Assembly (NCBI GenBank): GCA_964507205.1
Contig: CAZDPC010000001.1
Span: forward strand, 5,110-69,109
DNA length: 64,000 bases
Origin: an uncultured Akkermansia sp.
Lineage (GTDB): Bacteria > Verrucomicrobiota > Verrucomicrobiia > Verrucomicrobiales > DEV007
Direction of reading: 5' to 3'
Position 1 is the stretch's first letter, and each line of letters starts with the position of its first letter. The translations under genes were made by a program, and so were the position numbers. Shown in pieces: positions 30,101 to 37,807 of the stretch. A model generated the notes under the pieces. That model searched no databases. It was not told the DNA's origin and saw only the letters and a program-made list of their open reading frames with translations.

Positions 30101-30489
30101 ACTGCCTCTTCGGTGGCTGGGGAAAATCCACCGGCACCGCCTGGTGGGACGATGTCTCCCTCCATGAAGTGGAATACGAGATGATCGTCGACGAACCCGA
30201 ACTCACCGAAGGGGATCCGGACCGCGGCAAGACGATCTTCAACACCCACCCGATCGCCGCCTGCAATCGTTGCCATGTCATCGACGGCGAAGGTGGCCCC
30301 GTCGGCCCCGCCCTCGACGGCATCGCTTCTCGCAAGTCGGAGGACTACATTCGCGAAAGCCTGACCGATCCCCAAGCCGCCATGGCCGAGGGATTTCCGG
30401 CGGAAGTCTCCCCGATGCCGCCGATGGGCGTGTTGCTGAACGAGCAGGAGATGCGCGATGTGATGGCGTATTTGATGACACTGAAATAA
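27199..30489 (+). CDS. PVC-type heme protein: ThuA + beta-propeller + HEAT + CBM4/9-like + cytochrome c
   Basis: ThuA (VLFLGH, IHAAS, WDETY, GRVFYTASGH); propeller (LFAAEPQIVNP, DTHAGPSNL); NLLPNPSFE...AWWDDV; CNRCH..GPALDG; SPMPPM. Confidence 0.88.
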   Translation: MNKFLTVTFLAVATAVIVTAEAGPVRVLFLGHEGDGPGQASHQPGKMAPKLMQALGPEAIYFDYVATPEEAFGDRDNLFRYDSVLLYANHQTLDRRLWKNLKDFIESGKGFVPIHAASWCFQNILEFDQLVGGRFKSHGTGEFSPKTIAADHPAIAGVPQLEAWDETYFHEKHNETNRTVLQVREGPEGDPNRGPEPWTWVRTQGKGRVFYTASGHDERVWGKSQFHALLKSGILWSIGEERRATYEEFLGKRAPLTYETRDNIPNYEERPRPLPYQLPLSPEDSRDYLQAPVGWDLSLFAAEPQIVNPICLAWDDRGRLWVAETVDYPNEVRPNGGNDSIKILEDTDGDGRCDKVTRFADGLNIPTSLIHWNGGIIVAQAPDFLFLKDSDGDDQADLRETILTGWGTRDTHAGPSNLRYGIDNWIYGTVGYSGFDGQVGDKTLKFGSGIFRMRPDGSRLEFLHQFNNNTWGLGLNAAGDVFGSTANRNPAFFGGFPETGFPEGKHGQSARMIANDPSFFPITPNIRQVDAFGMYTAGAGYALATSNNFPPEWRDRTAFIGGPTGNLLGIFENVREGSGYRAINRGNLLAGVDEWFSPVAAEVGPDGNLWVADWYNFIIQHNPAPTPERGGYQAETGLGNAHENPNRDQQHGRIYRAIWEGSRQSPITRLDGASDSELVAALGSDNQFWRLTAQRILVAEKRTGVVSALKDVISDFGGISGAHALWTLRGIGALDRETHQLALLKPGDALLKRNAIRAIPNTDEGMQLFFDTAVVQDEEPIVRLAAFSKLAHFPDRERVELAAKELIKRAENASDEWLTIALRASGAGAVKRGPATIIGPNLLPNPSFEIVADGQPVDWRVRTYSGEAEHVVASIARTGDRSLRIDSEKGADTSFFTSVPVKPDTDYQLAGWVKTAGLLGARGAQMNAHEVQQQPRGSRTNAYDRGTQQWSKVETIFNSLDRTEITINCLFGGWGKSTGTAWWDDVSLHEVEYEMIVDEPELTEGDPDRGKTIFNTHPIAACNRCHVIDGEGGPVGPALDGIASRKSEDYIRESLTDPQAAMAEGFPAEVSPMPPMGVLLNEQEMRDVMAYLMTLK

Positions 30490-30664
30490 GGAGCCAGCCC
30501 GTGCTCAGAGTATGTCCGGCCCCGGTTGATTCCACGTATTCCCGGGATCGGTTCGAAGAATGGCCAGGCGCGACATTGCAGCGGGAGAGCGAACTTGACC
30601 CATCCTTCGAAAACCATACAGCCGCCAGAAAACGGGATGCAATTTATTAGGAAATGTGTATTTT

Positions 30665-31552
30665 ATGAAAAACTCAACCAATATGACCTGCCGAATCCTC
30701 TTTCGCGCCGCAATTCTTGGCTCTCTCGCCTGTTCGATCCTTTTTTCACCTCGCGAAGGTCACGCCGCCCTCGACAGCCAGTTGGAAGCAGACATCGATC
30801 GATACATCAAATCGCTGCGGGCCCGAGGAATCGTGAGCGGAAACGAACGCACGGCCTGGTCAGTCATTGACCTGACCTCCGGCTCGAAGCTGGTCAGCAT
30901 CAACGAAGACGCCTCGCTTCAGGCGGCGAGCATGGTGAAGCCCTATCTGGCACTCGCGTTTTTCCACCAGGTGAAGGCTGGGCAGATCATTTACGGATCG
31001 AAGAGCCGTCGCCAGATGGAGCTGATGATCCAAAAGAGCAACAACAGCTCGACGAATTGGGTCATGCAGCAAACCGGCGGTCCTTCCGGAACGATGTCAT
31101 TGCTGAAACGCAACTACCCGGAACTCTGCCGGCAGTTGAGCCTGGTGGAGTACATTCCGGACAACGGCCGAACCTATCGCAATCGAGGATCCGCAGCCGA
31201 CTACGGACGCTTCCTCGCGGCCCTCTGGAACAGGCAACTCCCCTACTCCGACGAGATTCTCCGCATCATGAATCTCCCTGGTCGCGACCGGCTCTACACC
31301 GACGCCCGGCAGGTTCCGGCCGGTACGCAGGTCTACAATAAGACCGGAAGTACGGCGATGTGTTGTGGCGACATGGGAATCCTCGTGGCGCGTGGACGAA
31401 ATGGACGAACCTATCCCTACATCGTCGTCGGAATCATCGAGAACGGGCGGCGCACCAATTCCTACAGCTCCTGGATTTCGCACCGAGCCGATGTCATCCG
31501 CGAGGTTTCGAACAAGGTCTATCTCGCGATGAAGAAGCGTTACCCTCTCTGA
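30665..31552 (+). CDS. Serine hydrolase, class A beta-lactamase-like / PBP-A-like (Beta-lactamase2 family)
   Basis: Signal peptide; ASMVK (SxxK), SNN (SxN), KTGS. Confidence 0.8.
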   Translation: MKNSTNMTCRILFRAAILGSLACSILFSPREGHAALDSQLEADIDRYIKSLRARGIVSGNERTAWSVIDLTSGSKLVSINEDASLQAASMVKPYLALAFFHQVKAGQIIYGSKSRRQMELMIQKSNNSSTNWVMQQTGGPSGTMSLLKRNYPELCRQLSLVEYIPDNGRTYRNRGSAADYGRFLAALWNRQLPYSDEILRIMNLPGRDRLYTDARQVPAGTQVYNKTGSTAMCCGDMGILVARGRNGRTYPYIVVGIIENGRRTNSYSSWISHRADVIREVSNKVYLAMKKRYPL

Positions 31553-31558
31553 GCCGGA

Positions 31559-33361
31559 TCAGTTCCCGCCCGTCACATCCTCAAGCGCCGCGAGTCCGCG
31601 CAGGATCTTCAGCTTCCCGTTGTTCAGATTCGTGAGTCGACGAAAATGATCCTCGGCATTCCGGATGCGTTCGTCTTCTCCAAGGAAGAACACGATGTGC
31701 AGGCTGGGTTCGTCCAGGTCCTTCTCGTCATACTCCTGTTTCTTCACGTTCTTGAGATGCCGCTCGACATCTTCCGGTTCGATCCTGGGAAGTCGTGGGA
31801 AATTCCCTCCGCCCGCCGGGGTTCCTCCCGTCGCTCTCGGGGGACTGACCCCGGTCCGTTGCTGGACGAGTTGATTGAAATTCGTCACCACTTTCTGCGA
31901 AACCCCCTTTTCGCGGCGCGCCGCGTTCTCTTTCGCCAGCCACGCCTTCGTCTTCGCGACCGCCGATTGCCATGCTTTCTGCGCCCCCGGACTGACAGTC
32001 CCGGGAGTACCGGGATTCTCCTCCCGCAATTTCTTCATCTCTTCGATCATTTCGGGAGTCGGTGAATGCCGCATTTCCACGTAGCCGCTCGAAATGCAAA
32101 AAATCGCGTTGGCGCCCCATTCCATCGCTTTCTGAACTGCCTTCGTGTAGTGAGCCACATCGCGCGATGCGATCTCGTATTCCTCGTGATCCTTGACGTT
32201 GAGAGATTCTCCGTAGTCGTTTCGCAACCCCAACTCATCGTAGTCTCGGTTGAGCGGATCCATCCACTCAATCGCCATTCGCAAATTCGACGGCAATCCC
32301 GGGACCAATTCCTCCTGAAAGGCGACGAGCCTTTTCCCCTGGTACAACAGAACGTTGAAGTGGGTGTTCCGATTCAAGTTGGCGAGCATGATCCCCACCT
32401 CCTCCTTCACGTTGTCGTAGGCGGTCATGCCCCCTTTCTCGTCAACCAGCATGTGGGGGGTCGCGTCGATGATGAAGACGACTTTGTTCCCACTACCGGA
32501 AATGCCGAAAAAATTGATGTCTGATGCTTTCGTAGCCGAAATGTCCAAACTCATTCCGTTGCCGAGAGGTTGAAAACCCGGCAGCATGGAAACCGCCATC
32601 GAATCCGTGGCGTCTTCGACATCGGGAACCGTGAAGGTCGAAGTGGAAAGCGAGCTGATCACATCGAGAGCCTGAGCAGATGCGGCCGCTGGACGAATCT
32701 CGGGGGTGGTGCGAACGAAGCGGGGCGTCACCAGATCGGCTTCCCGTTCGTGAACGACGGAGACAATCAATTGCGGAGGCGGGGGGTTGGGAACGGTGAT
32801 GACGACCATCCCGACGAGCACCAGAAGAATCAGATGCGCTGCAACCGCTACCGTGAGTGAGGAAAATTTCTCCGAGGCAAGAGTCGGCCGCTCGTATCGA
32901 GGCACGTATTCCGCCTCCACGAGTTCCAGTTCCCCGTCATAGTCGTCCCACTTTTCGCTCGCGGAGTTCTTGAAAAGAGTCGGAACCGCTGCTCTCGACA
33001 CCGGCTTCTCCTCCTCTTCCACTTTGGAAAAATCCGTCGCCTCTCCTTCAATCAGGGCCGCCGATCCTCCTCCGAGGGTCTCCCATTCCCACTCCTCATC
33101 GCCCACCGACGAGTCAGAAGGATCATCTTCGGTGATCGGTTCCGAACCTGACGACAAAGCAGCCACTCCCTGCGTCAAAAGAGCATGCAACCGGACTTGC
33201 ACGTCGGGAGGAGTCGGTGCCTCTGCAGGGCTCTCGCGGACGAGTCGACGCGCCTCTTCGGAATCCCCCACCCGGATCGCATTCTCGATCACTTTCAGAC
33301 GAAGATCCCAATTTTCGGGGTCCTTCTCAAGTCTTCTGAGAATGTCGTCGGATTGATCCAT
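31559..33361 (-). CDS. Membrane-anchored hypothetical protein with degenerate vWA-like domain
   Basis: N-terminal TPR-like helices, acidic linker, one TM, PNPPPP linker, then FFGI..SGNKVVFIID...FNVLLY...LHIVFF vWA-like strands. Confidence 0.6.
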   Translation of the reverse strand: MDQSDDILRRLEKDPENWDLRLKVIENAIRVGDSEEARRLVRESPAEAPTPPDVQVRLHALLTQGVAALSSGSEPITEDDPSDSSVGDEEWEWETLGGGSAALIEGEATDFSKVEEEEKPVSRAAVPTLFKNSASEKWDDYDGELELVEAEYVPRYERPTLASEKFSSLTVAVAAHLILLVLVGMVVITVPNPPPPQLIVSVVHEREADLVTPRFVRTTPEIRPAAASAQALDVISSLSTSTFTVPDVEDATDSMAVSMLPGFQPLGNGMSLDISATKASDINFFGISGSGNKVVFIIDATPHMLVDEKGGMTAYDNVKEEVGIMLANLNRNTHFNVLLYQGKRLVAFQEELVPGLPSNLRMAIEWMDPLNRDYDELGLRNDYGESLNVKDHEEYEIASRDVAHYTKAVQKAMEWGANAIFCISSGYVEMRHSPTPEMIEEMKKLREENPGTPGTVSPGAQKAWQSAVAKTKAWLAKENAARREKGVSQKVVTNFNQLVQQRTGVSPPRATGGTPAGGGNFPRLPRIEPEDVERHLKNVKKQEYDEKDLDEPSLHIVFFLGEDERIRNAEDHFRRLTNLNNGKLKILRGLAALEDVTGGN

Positions 33362-33557
33362 CAACTCGCCAATCGAGGTCTACAGTTCTTATGATGAAGA
33401 CTCCGGTCGCAAGTGTCCACGCCGATCGCCTTCGTGAATGCGGGATGCAACCCTACTCGGATGGAAATGTTTCGGTTCGGCATAGAGGCTCACTCCCTGA
33501 AACAGTTGCGCTGAACAGCCCGTTTTGTGACTCGTCCGATCGAAAGACCCGGCAAGG

Positions 33558-33615
33558 TGTTAAATTTTTAACATTTATTCTTGATGCCACTTCGGTATAT
33601 GTTAAATATTTAACA
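33558..33615. promoter_or_regulatory. Tandem palindromic operator (TGTTAAATWTTTAACA x2), probable binding sites of the BlaI-family repressor
   Basis: TGTTAAATTTTTAACA at 33558-33573 and perfect palindrome TGTTAAATATTTAACA at 33600-33615, 42 bp apart, flanking TTGATG; ends 6 nt before the ATG. Confidence 0.8.
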
Positions 33616-33621
33616 CTCGGT

Positions 33622-34035
33622 ATGGGAAAACGTTCGCACAAGGAAGGAATCAACTTGAGCCCGCGCGAGCGCCAGATCATGGATGCCGTCTATCAGCTCG
33701 GCGAAGCTACGGCGAACGACATCTGTTCCGCGCTCCCCGTTCCCCTTGCCAATGCGACTGTCCGCACAATCCTGAGGATCCTTGAAGAGAAAGGTCATCT
33801 CCGGCATCGGGAGGAAGGTCGCACCTATGTCTACCGCCCCGCTCACTCCAAACAGTCTGCTGCCCACGGAGCCCTTCGCCGAATCCTCGGAGTTTTTTAC
33901 AATGGCTCCGTTACTCAGGCGTTCTCTGGATTGCTGGATCTTTCCGACACGCGCCTGAGCGATGCAGAACTCGACGATCTTCAGAGAATCATCGACGAAG
34001 CTCGCGACCGAAAAACGAACCGCCAGAAACCATGA
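33622..34035 (+). CDS. BlaI/MecI/CopY family repressor
   Basis: LSPRERQIMDAVY, TVRTILRILEEKG, GRTYVY, FYNGS. Confidence 0.93.
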   Translation: MGKRSHKEGINLSPRERQIMDAVYQLGEATANDICSALPVPLANATVRTILRILEEKGHLRHREEGRTYVYRPAHSKQSAAHGALRRILGVFYNGSVTQAFSGLLDLSDTRLSDAELDDLQRIIDEARDRKTNRQKP

Positions 34036-35696
34036 GCGAACTTTTCGAGTCAATCGCGATCGAATTACCAACGATTTGGATCAAAGGGGCGGCCTGGTCG
34101 ATCGCCGCTGTTCTCGTTGTTTTCCTTTTCCGATTCTTCCAAGTCCCCGCCGCCGGACTCCGCCTCTTCTGGAACGGAAACGTCTCGGCGTTACTTCTCA
34201 TCGCAGTCGTAGAATGGGTCGCACCCGAATGGGTCGCACCCGAATGGCGCATCGATGTGTCCCCCGCGGATTCAAATCATCCGCTCTACGAATGGACCAC
34301 ACCGCTCCTTCCAGGAGCGTCGCCCGCGAAAGAAGTCTCGGAAAGCACGACTGTCGCCACGGAAGCTTCAAAAGCGGACCCGACTTCCGCCTCATTCCCA
34401 GTTACTCCGATCATTCTCATCGGCATGATCTGGGCTCTCGGAGCCTTCGCCTTCCTCGTCGTCTTTGCGAGAAACCTTTTCCGCCTCGGGAGATATTGGA
34501 AGTCAGCAAATGACATCTCAGCAGCTCAAGCGGCCGAAATCGATACCCTCCTGCATCAGATCGGAATTCCAGGTCTCGGAGCTTCCGTCAAATACTCCGA
34601 TCAGATCACTGTACCGATGGCCTGGGGTATTCTCAGGAACAAGATCCTGCTGCCCACCGCAATCTGGCATTCCGACCCAGACGACTTCCGACGCATCCTC
34701 ATACACGAACTCAACCACCTCGAGAGTCGCGACCCGTTCTGGAGCTTTCTGTCACAGATCGCCCTTCTCATACATTGGCCCAACCTTCTGGTGTGGCATG
34801 CCGCTCGCCAACTTCGTTTATCGCAGGAGAAGTCATGTGACGACCGGGTGCTTTCCGAGACACCTTACGGTGGCGAATCTGAGCAGTATGCGGGCCTGCT
34901 CGTCTCGATTGCGAAATTTTCCACCAGGTCGGCTGTCAATCGAAACGACACCATTGCGTTCTCGATCACCGGCAGATCTTCCACCCTGAGTCGACGCATC
35001 GACTCCATCCTCAACGAGAACATGAAACGAACACGCCCCAACAGGATCCAGGTCATCTCCACTTTCGGCCTCCAACTCTGTCTCGCCGGCTTCCTCGGCC
35101 TCACCATCATCGGCGACAGCCTGACGGCCGCGGAGAGGAAAGAGACCGAGGCTCTCAAAAAGCGAATCAGCGAACTCGAGAATCAGGTCGCCCAGCTGCA
35201 ATCGGACACCGAGGAAGTCGTCGAACAATCAAAAATCGACGAGATCGTGGAAGAGAATAGACAGAAAGCCCGCGAGCGGATGCGAGAGGATCTTGGCGAA
35301 TACAGCCAGGAAGAACTGCGCGAGATCGAAACGCTCTATCAGGTTGCCAACAAGAATTGGCGATCCGAAGAAGCCCGCATGAGCCTCGAGAAACTTGTCG
35401 ACGAATACGACGACGCCAATCGCACCGGTTGCGCCCTCCTCTACCTGGCGCAGTACAGCGAGGGCGACAAGCGCGAGGAATACCTGCGCCGCGTCGTCGA
35501 AGACTTCAGCGACTGCTATTACGGCAACGGCTGCCAGGTGGGCGGATACGGACGGTATTTGCTCGCCGCCTTCCTCAAAGACAAAGGCGAAACCGACGAA
35601 GCCGCCGAGGTGATCGAAGAGATCGAGAAAGACTACGCGACCGCAACGTCGCACAGCCGAAAACTGATCGTCGAGATGGTGCAGTCTTTGAAATAG
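34032..35696 (+). CDS. Peptidase M56 (BlaR1-like) sensor/antirepressor with coiled-coil/TPR-like C-terminal domain
   Basis: TM helices; PMAWG...ILLP, HELNH, HWPN, QEKSCD, L.RRI; ATGA overlap with the repressor. Confidence 0.9.
   Translation: MSELFESIAIELPTIWIKGAAWSIAAVLVVFLFRFFQVPAAGLRLFWNGNVSALLLIAVVEWVAPEWVAPEWRIDVSPADSNHPLYEWTTPLLPGASPAKEVSESTTVATEASKADPTSASFPVTPIILIGMIWALGAFAFLVVFARNLFRLGRYWKSANDISAAQAAEIDTLLHQIGIPGLGASVKYSDQITVPMAWGILRNKILLPTAIWHSDPDDFRRILIHELNHLESRDPFWSFLSQIALLIHWPNLLVWHAARQLRLSQEKSCDDRVLSETPYGGESEQYAGLLVSIAKFSTRSAVNRNDTIAFSITGRSSTLSRRIDSILNENMKRTRPNRIQVISTFGLQLCLAGFLGLTIIGDSLTAAERKETEALKKRISELENQVAQLQSDTEEVVEQSKIDEIVEENRQKARERMREDLGEYSQEELREIETLYQVANKNWRSEEARMSLEKLVDEYDDANRTGCALLYLAQYSEGDKREEYLRRVVEDFSDCYYGNGCQVGGYGRYLLAAFLKDKGETDEAAEVIEEIEKDYATATSHSRKLIVEMVQSLK
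34212..34247 (+). repeat. 15-bp in-frame tandem duplication (GAATGGGTCGCACCC x2.4)
   Basis: Read directly; encodes EWVAP-EWVAP-EW. Confidence 0.9.
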
Positions 35697-35702
35697 CCGG
35701 CG

Positions 35703-37313
35703 TCACTTTCTTCGGTTTGCCTCCTTCCTTTGCTTCTCGAATTCTTCCGGCGTGAGCACATTCATCCGGTCCGCAAACTCTTGCCACACACCGGAAAGCC
35801 GATCGACCATTTCCGGCTGTTCATCCGAAAGGTCGTGCAATTCAGTCCGATCCGCGTCCATGTCATAAAGCTCCCAGGGTCCGTCGCGGAGTCCCACCAA
35901 CTTCATCGATCCTTCACGAATCGCCCGGTTCCCCTCATGTTCCCAGAAGAGCTGGCGAGGCTCCCGGGTATCCGAGCCGAAGCAATTGACGAGGCTTTTC
36001 CCCGCCATCGGTTTCGCATCACCCGGATACTCAGCTGCTGACACTTCCACAAAAGTCGGCATCAGGTCGATCAAGTGTGCGACCTGGTGACGAAGTTGGC
36101 CTCTGGCTTCGATTCCGGCCGGCCAGTGGACGATCGCCGGCGTGCTGATCGCCCCTTCATGACTCTCTCGCTTGTAGCGACGGAAGGGAACGTTGCTCAA
36201 GTTCGCCCAACCCTGTCCGTAGCTGCTCGTCCAGCCACCGGCCTGTCCCCATTCCTCGTAATTCTCCACCGTGTTCCGTTCGCCCTTGATCCCGAAAAGA
36301 CCGGTCTCCCTTGTTCCACCGTTGTCGGATAGGAAAACGAGCAACGTGTTCTCCAATTCACCGATCTTCTCGAGATGAGCGATCACTCGCCCGATGTTCT
36401 GATCGAGTCGGTCGACGATCGCCGCAAACAACGCCATCTTGAAATCCATGTCGTCTTGTTGTGCATCGGTCAGGGAATTCCACGCCTTCACATCGAGCGG
36501 CGAGAGCTCGCATTCTTCTCCGACAATCCCGAGCTCGGTTAAATTGCCATGGCGCTGCAAACGGAACTCGTGCCAGCCTCTCTTGTAGCGCCCCCTATAT
36601 TTCTCAAGATCCTCAGGCTTCGCGTGCAGAGGAAAATGCGGGGCATTGTAAGCGAGGTAGAGAAAGAACGGCTCGTCGTCCTGCGCGCGCACCTTCTCCA
36701 TGAAATGAATCGCGTAGTCTGTGAAGACATCGGTAGTATACCATTCCTCTTCCGGCTTCAGGTGATTGACCGGCTCCTCCGTAACCGGAATCACGATCTC
36801 GTCTCCGAGATAGACTTCCGTTCTCGGAACCACGGTGTAGTAGCTGTCGATGTAGCCTCGTGTTCCGTAGAAGTGCTGAAAACCGCGAGCCGTCGGCGAT
36901 CCCTCGTCCCGCCATCCGAGATGCCATTTCCCACTCATGATCGTGTGGTAGCCCGCATCACCGAGCACCTCCGCCAGAGTCGCAGCATCGGGACTGAGCC
37001 GATCGCGGTAGCCGTCGACTTTCAGATCCCCCGCCATGTGGCCGATGTCGGCCTGATGAGGGTAGAGTCCCGTCAGGATCGAAGCCCGCGAAGGGCAGCA
37101 GCGTCCCGTGTTGTAGAAATGAGTGAAGCGCAAACCATTCGCCGCGAGTCCATCGAGATTCGGCGTCTCGATCTCCGATCCAAAACAGCCAATATCCGAA
37201 TATCCCATGTCGTCGGCGAATAGAACGACGATGTTCGGTCGCGGAGTTTCGGCGAATACAGAGATCGAAAAGGCAGAGAAGAGAATCGAGAAGAAAAAAA
37301 CGAAGCGCATCAT
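35703..37313 (-). CDS. Arylsulfatase (S1, Cys-type), secreted
   Basis: Signal peptide; PNIVVLFADDMGYSD, CCPSRASILTG, GKWHLG, SDNG. Confidence 0.93.
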   Translation of the reverse strand: MMRFVFFFSILFSAFSISVFAETPRPNIVVLFADDMGYSDIGCFGSEIETPNLDGLAANGLRFTHFYNTGRCCPSRASILTGLYPHQADIGHMAGDLKVDGYRDRLSPDAATLAEVLGDAGYHTIMSGKWHLGWRDEGSPTARGFQHFYGTRGYIDSYYTVVPRTEVYLGDEIVIPVTEEPVNHLKPEEEWYTTDVFTDYAIHFMEKVRAQDDEPFFLYLAYNAPHFPLHAKPEDLEKYRGRYKRGWHEFRLQRHGNLTELGIVGEECELSPLDVKAWNSLTDAQQDDMDFKMALFAAIVDRLDQNIGRVIAHLEKIGELENTLLVFLSDNGGTRETGLFGIKGERNTVENYEEWGQAGGWTSSYGQGWANLSNVPFRRYKRESHEGAISTPAIVHWPAGIEARGQLRHQVAHLIDLMPTFVEVSAAEYPGDAKPMAGKSLVNCFGSDTREPRQLFWEHEGNRAIREGSMKLVGLRDGPWELYDMDADRTELHDLSDEQPEMVDRLSGVWQEFADRMNVLTPEEFEKQRKEANRRK

Positions 37314-37807
37314 TCAACTGGGTTGAGTCAGTGATCTTACAGGATTGGATCAACACTACGCTCCCGGTTTCGCACCCCAAAAGCAAAACCAAGTCGCCGA
37401 AAGATCGGCGATAGATTTGGAAAATTCGGATCGCGCCCGAACGACTCGCATCGTCACCGCTTCAACTGCATCGGCGAAACAACCTTTTCCGCGCGGATTC
37501 CGAGTTTTTTCCCGCCTCGCAATTGCGCCAGAACACGTGCCTCTCGCCGGAACCGAATCTCATCTATACCGATCCGAATCGCCGTATATGAGGGCACCCG
37601 GCGCCCGCGTATCCCACTGAGAAGCTCCGGGATTGGCAATGGGAGAAAACTCCACCGCTCGTGCCGATTCGGTGAGAATCTGCTCCGCATTCCTGGAATT
37701 CCACGCTCAGCTAACTCCGCCGCCAAGCAGGACAAAACCAAAGAGGATTCTCAGATCGTGTCCCAGGAAATCGATTCAATCATCCCGACGGAATCTCGAC
37801 GATGACG

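Noticed and set aside
30561-30580. Possible sigma54 promoter TGGCCAGGCGCGACATTGCA
   Set aside because: Neither GG is 10 nt from the GC of TTGC, so the required spacing fails.
33391-33621. 77-aa N-terminal extension of the BlaI ORF
   Set aside because: It covers the operator/promoter; family similarity begins at ATG 33622.
30665-35696. Classical bla resistance operon (blaZ-blaR1-blaI)
   Set aside because: The M56 protein has no penicillin-binding domain, the lactamase-like gene lacks the operator and a clear E166 motif, and an unrelated gene intervenes.
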